Below are positions 1-14,779 of a stretch of DNA of 64,000 nt, piece after piece. Every line of letters starts with the position of its first letter. Position 1 is the first letter of the stretch. Source of the DNA: the human T2T-CHM13v2.0 reference genome, Homo sapiens. The notes beneath the pieces were generated by a model. That model searched no databases. It saw only the letters and a list, made by a program, of their open reading frames with translations, and was not told the origin of the DNA. The position numbers were made by a program, and so were the translations under genes. The stretch lies in the NCBI RefSeq assembly GCF_009914755.1, contig NC_060939.1; one strand, 5' to 3'.

Positions 1-105
1 GAGAATAAAAAAGCCACACTACAGACTGGGAGAAAATATCTGCAACACAAAGAACTTTTATCTAGAATATATAAAGAACTTCTATAACTCAATTTAAAAA
101 AATAA
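1..105 (+). mobile_element. Old L1 (L1M) fragment, ORF2 3' region
   Basis: cagactgggagaaaatatctgcaa...tatctagaatatataaagaacttctataactcaat resembles the L1 ORF2 C-terminal WEKIFA..SRIYKEL region. Confidence 0.65.
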
Positions 106-120
106 TCCAGGGACTTTTTC

Positions 121-378
121 CATCATAAGTCCATTGGGAGCCTGGGTTTCCATTAACAGTCTGTTACATGCCCTAGAGAGGAGCATCATAAGTCCATTGG
201 GAGCCTGGGTTTCCATTAACACTCTGTTTCATGCCCTGGAGAGGAGCATCGTAAGTCCACTGGGAGCCTGGGTTTCCATTAATGTTCTGTTACATGCCCT
301 GGAGAGGAGCATCATAAGTCCACTGGGAGCCTGGGTTTCCATTAATGCTCTGTTACATGCCCTGGAGAGGAGCATCAT
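121..378. repeat. 63-bp minisatellite, ~4 copies
   Basis: Unit catcataagtccattgggagcctgggtttccattaa...tgttacatgccctggagaggag starts at 121, 184, 247 and 310, with a partial copy at 373. Confidence 0.95.
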
Positions 379-1780
379 GAGTCTTTGCTCTTCTTACAGG
401 GCTTCTTTCTTGAAGCTTGGGCCAGTTGTCAAGTTAATGCCTCTCAACTCCAAATTCATCCTTTTTGCCTGCTCGGGGAAAATGGATCCAATCCCTTTAC
501 ATATTTTCCCTTTGCCAGCTGGTCAGGAAGCTTTGTCAGAAGAGGGTCATGTAGCAACATGGTGGGAGGAAAGGGTTTTGCTTTTGAGATCTGGGGCACA
601 CAGTGAAGGGCTCCAGCAACCCCCAGCTGCCAGCAGATTTCAGCACCTCCCTTGGGGGTGTTGTGGCAGCGTGCCTCCAGGGAGATACCTGCTAATGAGC
701 AGCTCTCCCAGAACCCTACAGGGCAGATTTATGGCAAGTTCCAGAGGGCTGGTTTCCAGCAAGTTCCGCTGGTACCATAAAGACTCCTTTCAAGAGGGTC
801 TGCATGTCAGCCTGTGGGGAGCCTCTTCCTTGGGTGCTCAATATCCCAGAGGTGTGACTGCTTCTTATACCTGCTAGTCCTATATTCGTCAGAGTTGTTA
901 CTAGCCAATCTCCCATTACTCTAATCCTGACTGGATGCAGTGTGCCTTGATGGAAAAGTCCAACCATCTTTATGTGCTTTACTCTAATACTAGATATCAA
1001 AGGCTGAGGGTATTCTGAGCAAGTCAAAAAAGGCCTCGGAAGTCCAAATGAGAAGGGAGAGCCCCCTCATTTTCCCTCCTAACACTGTTGGTAGAGTTTG
1101 CTTTACTTTATTGTGCTTATAAATTAGGTGATGACTTGAGGTTTCAGGAAGATGTGATTCTGCCCTTTTGCTCCCACTGATTCCAAAATTTAATGTCTCC
1201 ATGAGCCAGCTGTCACTTTCCACTAGGGCAATACTTTCTCACTGTTACTAAACATAATTGGGATATTTTCCTAGCAAAACTAATAAACCTCAAAAATGCC
1301 AATTAGACATTTGGCATCTGAAAGGGTCAAGTTCCCTTTCGAGCCAGAGCTCTCCCCTCATGGTCTTCCCTTCAAGATGTGTTTCTCTTGGCTCTGTAAT
1401 AAAACTCCACAATATACTGTGATCTAGGTTGCCATCTATCAGCCCCTTCCTAACCTAAATCTTGACCCAATGAATTAATTCTTAGAAATGCTCCAGGCGG
1501 CTACTGCTGTCTCCTGTTGTATGCAGAAGAAACTCCACTTGGGGAAGGTTGTGTCAGAGGCTTTTTCTCCAAAATGAGTCCACCTCTGTCTGGAGGCAGC
1601 TCCCTGTCTTCCCTCTCCCTGCACTCTCCTGTAACTGAGATGCTTGCAGGAGGGCCCGGGGCGGTTGGACCCCTGCCTACTTTTCCAGTTCTTCTGTGCC
1701 CCTCTTCCCCTCAGTCTGTGATACTGCAACTGTGAGGGGTCTGCTTTCTAATCTTTGAAAGCAAAAGGCAAAGTTCTTGT

Positions 1781-2063
1781 TTTCTTTTCTTTTTTTTTTT
1801 TTTTTTGAGATAAGATCTTGCTCTGTCACCCAGGCTGGAGTTTAGTGGCATGATCATGGCTCACTGAAGCCTTGACTTTCTGGGTTCAAGCAATCCTCCC
1901 ACCTCAGCCTCCTAAGTAGCTGGGACCACAGGCATGCACTACCACACCCAGCTAGTTTTTCATTTTTAGTAGTGATGAGGTCTTACTATATTGCCCAGGC
2001 TGGTCTCAAACTCCTGGGCTCAAGCAATCCTTCCACCTCAGCTTTCCAAAGTGCTGGAATTAC
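1781..2063 (-). mobile_element. AluJ-type SINE, slightly 5'-truncated
   Basis: Poly-T followed by antisense Alu body; TSD caaagttctt at 1769 and 2067. Confidence 0.9.
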
Positions 2064-2269
2064 TGTCAAAGTTCTTTTTTTAGCCTTGAGGCATGTGCAT
2101 AGGCCATTCCTTCTGCCTAGAATGCTCTGCTCACCCCTTCACCTCAAGTCTCCATTTAAGCATCTATAAGATCCTCATCTAGTCTTTCCAGAGCCCCAGA
2201 TCCCCCAAGGTTCCATAACCTGGCATACAGTAAGTGTACAAATAGTAAGTGCTCAATACATATACCACA

Positions 2270-2460
2270 GCGGTCAAGCACATGGACTTTGGAGCCAGGC
2301 TCCTCAGGTCTAAAGCCTAGTTTTGACACTTAACTAGCCATGTGCCCATGGACAACTAGCATGACCTCAGTTTCCCCATCTACAAGATGGAGTTGATCAT
2401 TGTACCTCCCTGCAGGGTTGTTAGAATGAGTAAGTGGGTAAATGCTTGTAAATCGCTTTA
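2270..2460 (+). mobile_element. MIR remnant
   Basis: gactttggagccagg...ctcagtttccccatctacaagatgg...agggttgttagaatgag MIR core. Confidence 0.7.
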
Positions 2461-4561
2461 TTTCATGTCTGTTAAATGATAAATTGGAGTCAAACTATTA
2501 AATACCATGAAATTGCCCTTCTAAGGAAGGGAACTAAATAAACTTCCAGGTCCTAAAATTCTTTAATTGACACTTATTAAGTTAGAAGAAGTTATTTAAA
2601 AATAATATTCAGTGCTAACTACGATATAGTAAAACTACTACATGCATCTGTTACTGATGGCAACACAAATGATACTATCCTTTTGGAAACTAGATAATAA
2701 ATTTTAGGAGTCACTAAAATGTTCAAGTGTACCTGGGAATATACATAAAACATAAAACTGGACACAATTTTTGAAAGCTACAGTTAATAAATAACACTTC
2801 AATGTTAGTAATATTAGTTTTTTAAAGACCAGAATGTTTAAGCACATTTGAAATATTAACTCCAGATAATAATATCCAGCTAATGTTAGAAATTATAAAA
2901 TTTATCAACATGAGAAATCCTAATGACATATTAAAAAGTAAAATCCAAATTCAAAGTTACATCATACTATGATTATATGATAAATATGATCTCATTATAT
3001 GATACTATTTTATACATATCACATGTATGTGTGTGGGTATAAAAAAAACTAGAAAGAAACATAAAAAATAATTGATATACTAACATGATAAGTTCTGGGT
3101 GGCTTAAACTTTTAAAATATTGTTATCACTGATTCAACATTAGGAAAACTTATCACTCTTTTCTTATTTGATTATTCAAATCAGTGAAAGCAAATTTTAT
3201 TCTAAAAATCATGCAACATCTAGCCCAGCGCTATAGATATGAAGAAACTGAGTCCCAGGGAAATAAAATTGCTGTATCTGAGTAAACCCAGGAAAGCCAG
3301 TGTTTTTCCAATACACACCTAGCTTCCCCTGTCTAAATGGTAATTTGTTTCACATTAATATTTTTAAGAGGCTAATTTTTATAGTAAATGTTTCATATAC
3401 AAAAGCTAATGGCTTGACACAGATAATATGTGGATTAAACTGATTTGAAGTAAGGCAAGTTTGTTACCTACATAAAAACTTATCACAGCCATTTTACTCA
3501 CACAAACAGCTAACTATTGGAATCTTTTGGATTTTAACAATTTCAGAGAAAATACAAAGTGTACTCCCTTAGTCAGTAGGAAGACAGGCTCTTGAAATCT
3601 ACCTGTAAAATGACTTTACAGTGTGGAGGTAATAAAGACACAATAGCACATGGCTTTCCAGGAGGCAGTGCTCACCAAAATGGAATTCTCCCAAGGCCCC
3701 TTCACCTTAATCCGCTTGGGCTTATCTTGGCCTGATCATTACCTTGACAGAGATTGCCAAAGGCCCACTCAGGACCCAGGGAGGTAAGTGAGCCAGGAAG
3801 TTGACTTAGAATAGTAATGTGGATAGAAATTTGCAGAAAAACAGGTATGACTGAAGTCAGAGGGGTGTAAAGCAAAGTCACAGAACAGATAGGTCTTAGA
3901 AGTAAATCTTAGGGTTCAAAAAAAGGGGTCCAAGGTGATGGGGAGGAACACTATGAGATTGATAGTTCTGTTTTCAAAGGCAGAACTCCCCTCCCCACCT
4001 TTTGGTTGTTCACTTTAGGAATGTAAAATGTAAGCTGGTGGCTGGGTAAGTAGGCAATGGTGTTGCAAAACTGAGAAATGTTAATCCAAGGAGCATCTGT
4101 CAGCATTTCCTTTCCAATTGCTGGTAAACATCTTGCTCCTCTTCACTGGCCATCTTCGCGAACTCTCCTCCCTCGCCTGGTGAGTCACACATCATTTCTC
4201 ACAAATTACCCTGTTATTAGTGTCGGGCACAAGTGACTGGTCCAGGGCAGAGCAAAGGAGTTGGGAACCTGCTGCCAGTAAGTCACAAAGGGCCTAAGGT
4301 TAGTCACCTGGTTCTGTCTCAGTTTTCCCATTTGAGAGACTAAAGGATTGCCTTAGTGTCTGCAAAGACCTCCTGTGTGCCACTCAAGGGTGCTGCACTG
4401 GCTTCCCATCAACTCATCCGGTTAGAAAGGGGTGGGTAAGGCCATTATACAGATTGCAAGCTGGCAATTGATGGACACAATAAAAATAACAAACCAAAAT
4501 GAGTGAATGCAGCACTTCATATACCACAAGCAGCTGTAAGTCTTGCCTAAAAACTTTCGAG

Positions 4562-4775
4562 AGAACAGTGGCTCTGCAGTCAGGAAACCCAGTTTAAGGG
4601 CCAGTCCTGTCACTTAATAGCTGAGTGATCTCAGGCAACTCAATATCTCTGAATCTTTGTTTACTGGCCTGTTAAATGGGGTTAATTCCACCTACCACAA
4701 AGACCTGTCGTGGGACTAAGGGAGATTAGGTATACAGACATACTTGAACACTGTAATGTGCTGGGTAAGCGTTAT
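4562..4775 (+). mobile_element. MIR remnant
   Basis: ggctctgcagtcagg...tctctgaatc...tgttaaatggggttaat. Confidence 0.6.
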
Positions 4776-5309
4776 ACAGTAACCTCATCTTATTATCGTC
4801 ACCTACTGGGTACAGGAAAGAATCAGATGTCAGGCTGGTTTAAACAATAAAATTAAATACTAAGTTAAAAGATTCCCCAGAGAGAGAAATGGGAGAACCT
4901 CCTGTGGCTTCATAGCCTCCTCCCCCATTGTGTTCTCATCTCTCTCACTACTGGATATAGATAACTGGTTTCACAGCTGTCTTTCAGTAAGGAAAGCCCA
5001 CATAATGGGTACCAACTGTGCTAAGTAAAATACCCAGGGACAGGTCCTGGAGAGGCTGTGTTGCAATGTCAGGTGGTTCCAAGCTTTCCAAAGATGGGCC
5101 TCACCTGGGAGAATGCCCAGATCTCCCTCCCAACCTCAGCAAACAAGAGTACGATTTCCAGGACATGACATGTGAGAACCCAGGACCTAGCGACCTGCTA
5201 ATAAAAGGAGTTTGGGAATCTGAATGCCACTTTCACCACTTTCCAACTACATGGCTTAGGGTAAGCGATGTTTTCTAAGCCCTGAATTCCTCACAGAGCC
5301 TGAAAGCTT

Positions 5310-5510
5310 AGAACTGTGGCTCTGGAGTCAGGAAGCCCAGTTTGAAGGTCAGTCCTGTCACTGAATAGCTAACGGATCTAGGACAAGTCAGTCTGTAAAA
5401 ATAGACACAACATTTTATGTTTATTTTGTAAGTTCTAGATCAGGATTAAATAAAGTACGTCATGTGTCTCAGTTACCTAATGTAATGCCTGGCACATGGC
5501 AAGTGCCCTA
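5310..5510 (+). mobile_element. MIR remnant
   Basis: ggctctggagtcagg...ctgtaaaa...aggattaaataa...tgcctggcacatggcaagtgc. Confidence 0.6.
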
Positions 5511-6454
5511 TATACTGTTGGCATTGACACTGCAGTCACTATTTACATTTCCTCATTGATGGCACTGTGCCTCCAAGTGGTACGATGGCCAGCCAGCAGT
5601 CCCTCATTTCCTACAATACCCTGATCAGGGTTTAGGTCACTCTGACCAAGTGTTGGTGGGGGAGTGGCTTTTCTGAGGGATAGTGTCTTTTGCGGGGTGA
5701 TTTCCTCAGTGACAGCAGGATTTCTTACCTCATGAAACTTGCTTGGGCAGTGCCACCAAAGGAATCATTTTATGAAAAAGAGTAGGACCTTGATCAAGAA
5801 GGAATTTGGAACATCTCTCTGTTGCCCACAGATAAAGAGGAAGCTGGGTCACTTTTAGGAAAGGATTTGGGGTTACTAAGGTACACTGATGAAGCAAGCT
5901 CCAAATTTTAATATTTTAAAATGTGTTTGTTATGTAATGTTTGCAGGCAGGGTTTCCTGTTGTACAGCCTACAGCCCCCGCAAGATAAAGCACCCCTTGG
6001 AAAAGAACAAGATGACAAAGATCCTAGTTCTTGGACGAGGGTGGGGTGCAGTGGGTGTGAGCGTTTACAGGAGAGGCAGGGAAATGGTGCAGGAGTGCAG
6101 AAAAACATCCCCAAATATAGTCTCAACTGCTTTCTTCTCAGACTCCGAAATCACAAGAAAAGTTAGAGCAATATCTCTGGCCAAGGGCCAATGGCATTGG
6201 GCTGGGGGATTAGGCACCTGTTGGAATAGTTACTGTTTTCTACCTTGAGCAAATGGGGATGGGTCATTCATCTCTCTGGCCAGGGCAGCTGCTCCCTCTG
6301 TCAGTGATCACCAGCCCTTGCTAACTACTCACCAAGAGAAAATAAATCGTAAGACCTCATACTGGAAAAAGGCTAGTCTTTTCTGTCTAGCCCTGTCTAA
6401 TGCAAGAATCCTCTTAAAGAAAAAAATGTAAAACACCCCGATTTTAAATAGATA

Positions 6455-6610
6455 GGGGGTGACAGAGACAGAGAGATAGACAAAGACAAACACAGAATGA
6501 CTGAGAGACAGAGAGAGGGACAAAGAGAAAGAGACAGAGAGAGACACACACAGAGAGTGAGAGAGAGAGACAGGGACACAGAGAGAGAGAAGGACAGAGA
6601 GAGAGAGAGC
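6455..6610. repeat. GA/GACA-rich low-complexity tract
   Basis: gacagagacagagagatagacaaagac...gagagagagc. Confidence 0.9.
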
Positions 6611-7130
6611 ATGGCTCATACAGGATATCTGCGGTGCCTGGAACATTAGAGAATAAATTTCACTTACTCAATTTTTTTGATTAATGATTAAATCTATGAC
6701 TGAATTTAGAGATACTTCACTTGCAAAGATGTCTGGCAGAAAAAGTCTTGGGCATATTGTTTGAAAATGTAACATATTATTTAAAAATAAAAATTTCCAG
6801 ACTTTTCAAATACACATTCTTTCAAAGGAGTATCCTTAAATTTCTGTCAATATGCATTTACACAATTTTCACGTCATCTCTCTGCCTATTAGTGAAAATC
6901 AGCTGGTGTGAATGTGAGACGATACTGTGCTAACATACACAGGATTTCCTAGCTCGACACCACACCAGGCACATTATCAACTCCTTTTCCCTGGGGGATC
7001 AAACATGTGCCAATGTGATCTTCTGATTCTGCTCTATTGATCTTCATTTGGGGTCAATGTGTTCCTAAGCCTTCTTTTTAAAATGCTTTCTGTAAGACTT
7101 ATTGGATATTTTATTTTAAAAAATTCCACC

Positions 7131-7420
<290 letters not shown>

Positions 7421-8677
7421 ATCCGCCAAAAAATATACTTGGCCAAAGTGCTACTGTGAATCACACGTCCACATTTTGTGGAGGAGAACCCTGGAGATGA
7501 GACAGTGATTGAGGTGGACTTGGAGTTGAAGTGACCACTCTGACCCCCTTCACTCCCATCCCCACCTTCCAGCAGCAGCTCCGGGTGCTGTGTGAGGGGA
7601 TTCAGAGTTCCTCGATGTTATTCATGTTCATGAAATTTAAATATAGATGTCTTTAGGTTGCTCTAAAGGAAAGAAATGTTCTGAAAAAAAGTGAACGGAA
7701 GGGTCATATGATATTCAGCTTCAAATATACCAGCTACTCCCTGGAATATACATACGAAAGACACTAAACCTACATGGATTCTAAAAATATACCAAGAGAC
7801 GCCACCCATCTGAGCCCCAGTGATGTCCTCTTGTTTGGGGAGAGGGAAAGCCTTGGATTGTTTCTCTTCCCTGCCCAGTGAAGCTGTTTCTCAGTAAATT
7901 GCTCTTCCTGCTAGTACACAAGGTTGGGAATGTTACTCATCTGCCATCTTATGAAATCCCAGCCACTCCAACCTTTGCCATGCTGCTAGGTCGATGTTTA
8001 TGGAGCATGGAGGTGGAAGAAGAGCAATACTTAGATATTCCACAGCAATTCTGAAATTGCTCAGCCTTTGTCCCTCTGTCACACAACAGTCAAAGGTATG
8101 ATTAAGTGCCAACTGTGTACCAGGACCCTGTGCTTGATCCTCAGGAGCAGCCCCACCCTTACATCTGGCTTTAATTTAAAAGAGCCCCCTTTGGCCCTCC
8201 TCTGGCCTCACTTCTCCCTTGGGTGAGGAGTCCATAGGTTCAAGGAGACATGTACACCCACATCCATGCCCCCTTTCCAGACTTGCTAGGTGATCAAGGA
8301 TCCTAGAATTCCCTGCCTGAGCAGCTCTGAGCCCACTTCCAGGACCTGCATGGGCCCCTTTCTAGGTCTGTCCTCTTAAAAGTGACAGCACAGCATAATG
8401 CTAGGCCTGGAGAAGGCCCAAAGAAGACTTGGGGAGGGGAAGGCAGGGGACGTAGCATGCAGTGGCCACACACATGCACATCAGGCTCCTAGCAGAGCAG
8501 GACATAAGTGAGGCTGGGAGGAAAGACAGGGCCCAGCTGAGGGCTGGTGCCTCCATTTGTATTCTTGCCCTGTGTCCTGCAAATGTTAGGGGTAGGCCTG
8601 TCCACAGGGCCTTGGGATAGGTCTGAACCTCCAGAATTCCTGTGAATTCTGGAAGCCAAAGATCTGTTCGGGCTGTG

Positions 8678-8696
8678 TAGCCACCAGAGGGGCTGG
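8678..8696 (+). promoter_or_regulatory. Possible CTCF motif
   Basis: gccaccagaggggctg resembles CCACCAGRGGGCGC; motif match only. Confidence 0.3.
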
Positions 8697-9914
8697 TAGC
8701 ATGACCAAGACAGAAGTCTTCATGTGACTCCTGAAGGCCCCGCTGAACTGCTCCTTCTCACAGCGAGCACTTTCTTTGTGAGCAGGAAGTATTTCTTCAC
8801 TCTGTGGCTTATAATGCTTCCTCCTTCTCTTCCTCCCAGTAGGCTACCTCTTCACCACTGTCACCTTCACTAAAAAGCAGGCTGGGAAAATACATGTGTG
8901 ATAAACTGCCTTTGCTGTTTAGCAAAACTTTTGGTAAGGTGTAGAAAATGACAGGCCCAAGGCAGAGTGTTGCCTTGGATGGGAGCCCCTTCTGCCTGAG
9001 CCCTCCACTGTCCCACTAGGAGTGGGCAGGGTGGGGAGGAGGGGAAGCTCTGTGTCAGCAAGCACAGCTGGTGCAGGGAGAGCATAGACCTGGGATCAGG
9101 CATCCAGCAGCATGAATATCCGGTTCTTGCAGGTCAAAACCGGGAATAATAATACCAGCTTTTCACAGACCGTTACAAAAAGTAAATAAGATGATTAAAA
9201 TTATAACGAACAACTGTACATACCACAGCTTACAATGTTGCACCCACACTCATTGAATCCTTACAACAATAATAATTATGCATGCTTCCAATTTGCAGGT
9301 GAACAATGAAGTTTAGAGAGATAAAGTGACTGCTCAAGGTGATACAGAGCCAGACTCAAATTTAGGCATTAACGGTAAAAGTGCAACTCCTCCCCTCTAC
9401 GTTACCTGACTTTGCCTTTCATCAAGTCAATATTTGCGAACATGCTTCATGAATGACTCTTCCTCGTACAAATGATGATTTTTTATCATTTGGGGTCATA
9501 TTTTATGATTTTGAAGGAATGTGGTTTTGAAAGTTTCTCCTTACAGGTAAGACGCTGGAAGCTAGAGACCTGCCCAGCACAGCCAGCTCTTCCTTCCTTC
9601 CCATCAGAACAGCAGGTGTTATGGGGGTGGAAGACCAGAGCACAGACAGCAAATGCCACCCCATGATGGCTCTTTGCTACCTGCTGCTGTCACATGAAGC
9701 TTTCTCCTGCATCTCCGCTTTCAAAAGGAAAGAATACAAATCTATAGTATTTCATAAAGAATAGCATGGTACTGGCTTTGCCCAAACTCCACTTGTCCCC
9801 AGAATATGCAAAACAATGCCAGATATCAACTTCTGAGTCACAGATGTTAATTTCCCAAGATTATAGTTAAGAAAACACAGTAGAGGTAAAATAAAATAAA
9901 ATAAAGATAATTAC

Positions 9915-10004
9915 CTGAGTATATATGATAGCTTTCTACTGAGGAACTCAAATACTGTATATATGTATATATATATAAATGTCAGCTTTTGTTTCACAAC
10001 ATCC
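9915..10004 (-). other. CERS3: CERS3 5'-UTR exon (90 bp)
   Basis: Minus-strand acceptor ttttctgcttctttag|GGATG at 10005-10006 and donor CTCAG|gtaatt at 9913-9914; size and position fit my recollection of the exon preceding the ATG exon of CERS3. Confidence 0.8.
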
Positions 10005-11665
10005 CTAAAGAAGCAGAAAAAGAGAAACATAATTAATATATTACACAACTGTGCCCATAAGCGTCCTTCTATAATAGGTCTAAAACTTAAGTCAGAGTTT
10101 CAAACCAACGGGAGAGCTTGGTGCTGGCAAATTTGGGTCTACCAATCAGTTTGGACTGGTGCATGGGGCTTTAAAACAATTTGAGCCAACACTGAAAATT
10201 CAAGAATTTGCACATAGAAATCCAGATTTGCAGCTTCACTCAGAAACTCAGAAGACTGGCAAGAATCACTGGAGCCCTTAAATGGAACACACGCTTACCA
10301 ACCTGGCCAACTGTTTTCAGGCACCTGACCGGCTTTCTAGGTCAGTTAACTTTGTGACTCCTTATGTTGCTAACATTTCTCAATATGAATTATGTCGTCA
10401 AGTCAGTGTAACTTGAACAGAGATAATAAGGGCCTAGCACAGCCTGGTGTAACAATTACAGTTTGTCATAGCACATGGGTTTTCAAAGGACCAGTTGTAA
10501 ACCATTAGTGCACTGGTTCCCAACCCTGGTTCTACATGTGAATTCCTTGGGAGAGATTTTTTGACCATGCTTTCTACCTAACCAGATCAACTAAACCAAG
10601 ATCTCTGAAGGTGCAGTCCTGGTATCAGTATTGTCACTGCTGTATTGTTACTGTAATATAATTATTGAAGTATAACATACAGATGGTAAAGAAACAAAGC
10701 ACAAAAGAATATGACCAGCACCCCAGACTCTTCCTCATGCCTCTCCCTGTCACCACCATGGATCCGTGTTGCCTGTTCTTGAACTTTATGTAAATACGAT
10801 TGTTTTGAGCACATTCCTGGCATCTGGATTCTTTCACTCAACTTTTAGAACTGAGATGCATCTATGTTGTTGCATGTAACAGTAGCAAACTCATTTTCGT
10901 TGACTTTTAATATTCCATCCCATGACTATATCACTATATCACGATCTGTGTTCCCATTCTGTTGTCGATGGAAATATGGGTTGTTTTGAGTTTGGGATTA
11001 CACTTCAAGGTGCCATTTATGAACATTCTTGAACATTCTTGAACATGCTTTAGGTAAATACGTGAATGCATTTCTGTAGAACATATACCTGGGAGTGGAA
11101 ACGCCAGGTCATAAGGCATATGTATATTCAGTTTAACAGATATTGCTGAACAGTTTTTCAAAGCTGTTGTGACTATTTACACTCCTCCCAGTGACGTATG
11201 AGAGTTCCAGTGGTTTAATATCCTTGCCAAAATTTCTATTGTCTGTCTTTTAAATTTTCACCTTTCTGGTGGGTGTGTAGTGGTACTTCATTGCAGTTTT
11301 AATCTGCATTCCCCAGAAAGCTAACAAGGTTGAGTATGTTTCAAGTCTCTTGGCTGTCTGAATATGTTTTTCTGTGAAGTACCTGTTCAAACCTCTTGCC
11401 CATTTTTCTGTTGTGGCGGTCTATCTTTCAAAATTGCCTTGTTTCTGTTTTGGATAGGACTCCTTGTTTGTTACATGCATAACAAGTCATGTTATATGCA
11501 TGACTCCTTACATGTTATTTGCATGGCAAATGTCTCCTCTCCTGCAGTTTGTCTTTTACTCTTTTAGTGGTATGCTTTGAGAAACAGAAGTCCTTATTTT
11601 TAACATAACCAATTTACAGATCTTTTTCATCATGTTAGTACTTATTGTATCTTGTTTAAGAAATC

Positions 11666-11986
<321 letters not shown>

Positions 11987-12011
11987 TCATACATATATTC
12001 TGTTTTGTCAT

Positions 12012-12140
12012 CTAGAACAATGCTGTTCAGTAGGAAGAAAACTGGGAGTAACATATGTAATTTTAAATTTTCTAGTATTTCAGGTACTCAATAGCCACAT
12101 GTGGCTAGCAGCTGCCATATTGGACAGTGAAGATCTAGAA
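12012..12140. mobile_element. MER3-like hAT DNA transposon remnant
   Basis: caatgctgttcagtag...aatagccacatgtggctag..gccatattggacagtg. Confidence 0.55.
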
Positions 12141-14719
12141 GTTATATTGTTTTACCTGTCACATCTAGATTAATACTTAGAGCTGTATGAATTTTAAGAT
12201 GAGAATCAAGACTCATTTATTTGTACATGGACATTCAAATGTCTGTCCTTTCCTGTAGTACCAATGTTGTCATAAATCAAAGGTCCAAATTTGTGGAGGT
12301 TTTTTTTCTAGCATCTTAGTCCATTCCATTGGTCTATCGTTCCCTAGTTGATTTTAATTTTCAGACAGTATTGAGAACCACTACCAGTAGGTCACAAAAT
12401 TAATTAGTCGGTTATGACCAGAAATGTTGTAGAGTGTAATGAAATGAAATAGAAAACAATACCTATAAGTATTGTTTTATGAAACTATTATTTCAGAATT
12501 GTGTGTGTATATATGTCCTAAGTTGAGATCTGAAAAGTATTTCTTACTAACAGTAATGGTTAAAAACGTTTGAAAATCACTGCAATAGTGTAATCTACAC
12601 AACAATCACTTAGGAAAATTCAAGTTGCATACGATTTTATAGTCATCATCTAGAAAAGCTCTGAAGTTTTACTCTTACACAATTAGTTATAGTCCAGAAT
12701 TCCACATAAGGCGGATCTCTGTTGGAATCAAGCCAGGTAAAGCAAGTTACAGCTAATGGGATAGGAATAGCTCATTATGAAACCCTGTAACTTTGACCCA
12801 AAGTGGAATATAGTAATGATCCTCTGATGTGAACATTACAAATGAAAATTGCTAATCTGCAGAATTTGACATTTGTTCAGCATCAGCATGTTGTATGTTT
12901 TTAAAGTTTTTAATCATATGTCAAACAAGAAAACAAACTTTGAGGGGAAGAAATTGAAGCCAAGTTAGTTATTAAATGATGTCAAGTAATCTTCATTATT
13001 GAAGAAAATGTTTTCAGAATTTTTTGCTTAAATTTTGAAATGATTAGTTTATTGTTCAGCCTGTGTCAGGGTCAATCTAATCAACAAGTATTTATTGACT
13101 ATCCAGTAAAATATGTCTGGCAAAGAAATCAAAATAAAACAAATAGACCTTATCCCAGCAGAGAATTAAATGGATTATCACATATGATTTTTCTTCACTA
13201 AGTACTTCATCTTAGAACCTGAATATAGTAAGTAAAAGTGGTTTCAAGCTCCTTAATGTAATATTTTACCTCTCCAAATAACCTAAATATATGCCTTACC
13301 TGTGAATTTTACACTTTTTCCATTAATGAGAAATGTATGCATCTTTTGGTTGTGTTTTCATATTATGCACATACACACATGTGTATGAATGTGAGTGTGT
13401 GTTTACCAATCCTGAGCAGACAGATTTGGGAATTTTGGTTAAATATCTTAGTTTCCTGGTATTTCCTAAATATTTAACTCAGAAAACAATAAAGAGGAAA
13501 CTTTCCATTAGATTGAAACATATAATCCACCACCAGCACAAATCATCTCCACAGATTTTCCAGTGGGCAGGTAGGCCAAAAAAATAAATAACCAGAACCC
13601 TTTAATTTTATATTTAAGTAGCAGGAAGATACTCACAGATGAAGAAATTTTAAATTCTCATATTTGGGAAAGGTAAAATTTGTTTCATGGACATCCAAGC
13701 CAAATCTCCTTCTTATCAGAGCTATTTTCTATTTATTAATGGAAATTCTCAGCCTTGAAATTATGATAATAACAACCTTTGGAAGTGATCTAACTGAAGC
13801 CCATTTACAATTGAACATCTGTCCACCATCAACAGAAAGCCCTGTGGAGAATTGTGGCTGTTACAGTTTTGTTACAAGGTCAAAGATTCTTAATCTCTCC
13901 GTTCACTTGCCAATTGGGGTTTTTATACATAAGCCCTAATTTATTTATTTTAATTAGACTTTTAGCTTCATTTATGTTTTCATCATTGTAAATTCCAGCT
14001 ACAAGGACAAATCTTAAGGCAGCACATACAGCATGGCTGTAAAATGATGGGCTTGATTGTTGCACAGGACTTAGGAAAGTAAGTCCCACTACGTTAGAAT
14101 GCCTTCTTTCATACTGCCAACTGTCTGGTCTGTCTAGTGTTGGCACAAGGATTTTTTCAATCATCCTGGGTCCATCCAGTAAATAAAACCATAAACTCGG
14201 GCTGTATAAGATCAATTAGATCGTTGTATTGTGTGTTGAGGTGTTTCCAGGAGAAAGAAGAATCTACCTGCATCTGATTCCAGAGAGAGCTTCTCTGTGT
14301 TCCCCTCTGCTATCTCTCTGCTATGATCTGCAGTTTCTCTGGATTCAAACATAGAGATAGATTGCCAAAACACCATTCTTGATGCCAGCTGGCCTACTTG
14401 ATGAACTTGACTGCAGGCTTTTTGCCAAAACATAAGTCAATCGTTTTTGTCCCAAATCCATCCTTATAAAGGTGTACACCTGCAGGTCAATCTTTGCATC
14501 GCATCCCATAAATTCGTGTTGGGGAGGGCTTGGAAAGTCCAAGCTTCTTGTGTGGATGGCTTGGGGCCCAAGATAAATGAACAGTTGCCACGATACACTC
14601 TGTGCTCTGTGAGCGGAGGGAGCTCCCTTGGAGCCAGCCCAGCACCCTCCTCCCATGAGCACTCTGCCAGCTCCTGGCAGTGCTTCTGCTGTGGTGTGGA
14701 GGCCAGGGAAAACCTACAT

Positions 14720-14723
<4 letters not shown>

Positions 14724-14774
<51 letters not shown>
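14724..14774. repeat. (TG)n microsatellite, ~25 units
   Basis: Read directly from the sequence. Confidence 0.98.

Positions 14775-14779
<5 letters not shown>

Noticed and set aside
6333-6412. Possible extra CERS3 cassette exon (strong donor TTG|gtgagt at 6331-6332)
   Set aside because: The acceptor is a weak AAG and nothing else supports it; such pairs are common by chance.
13660-14720. Cluster of short ORFs suggesting an ancient coding remnant
   Set aside because: No recognisable protein motif or consistent frame.
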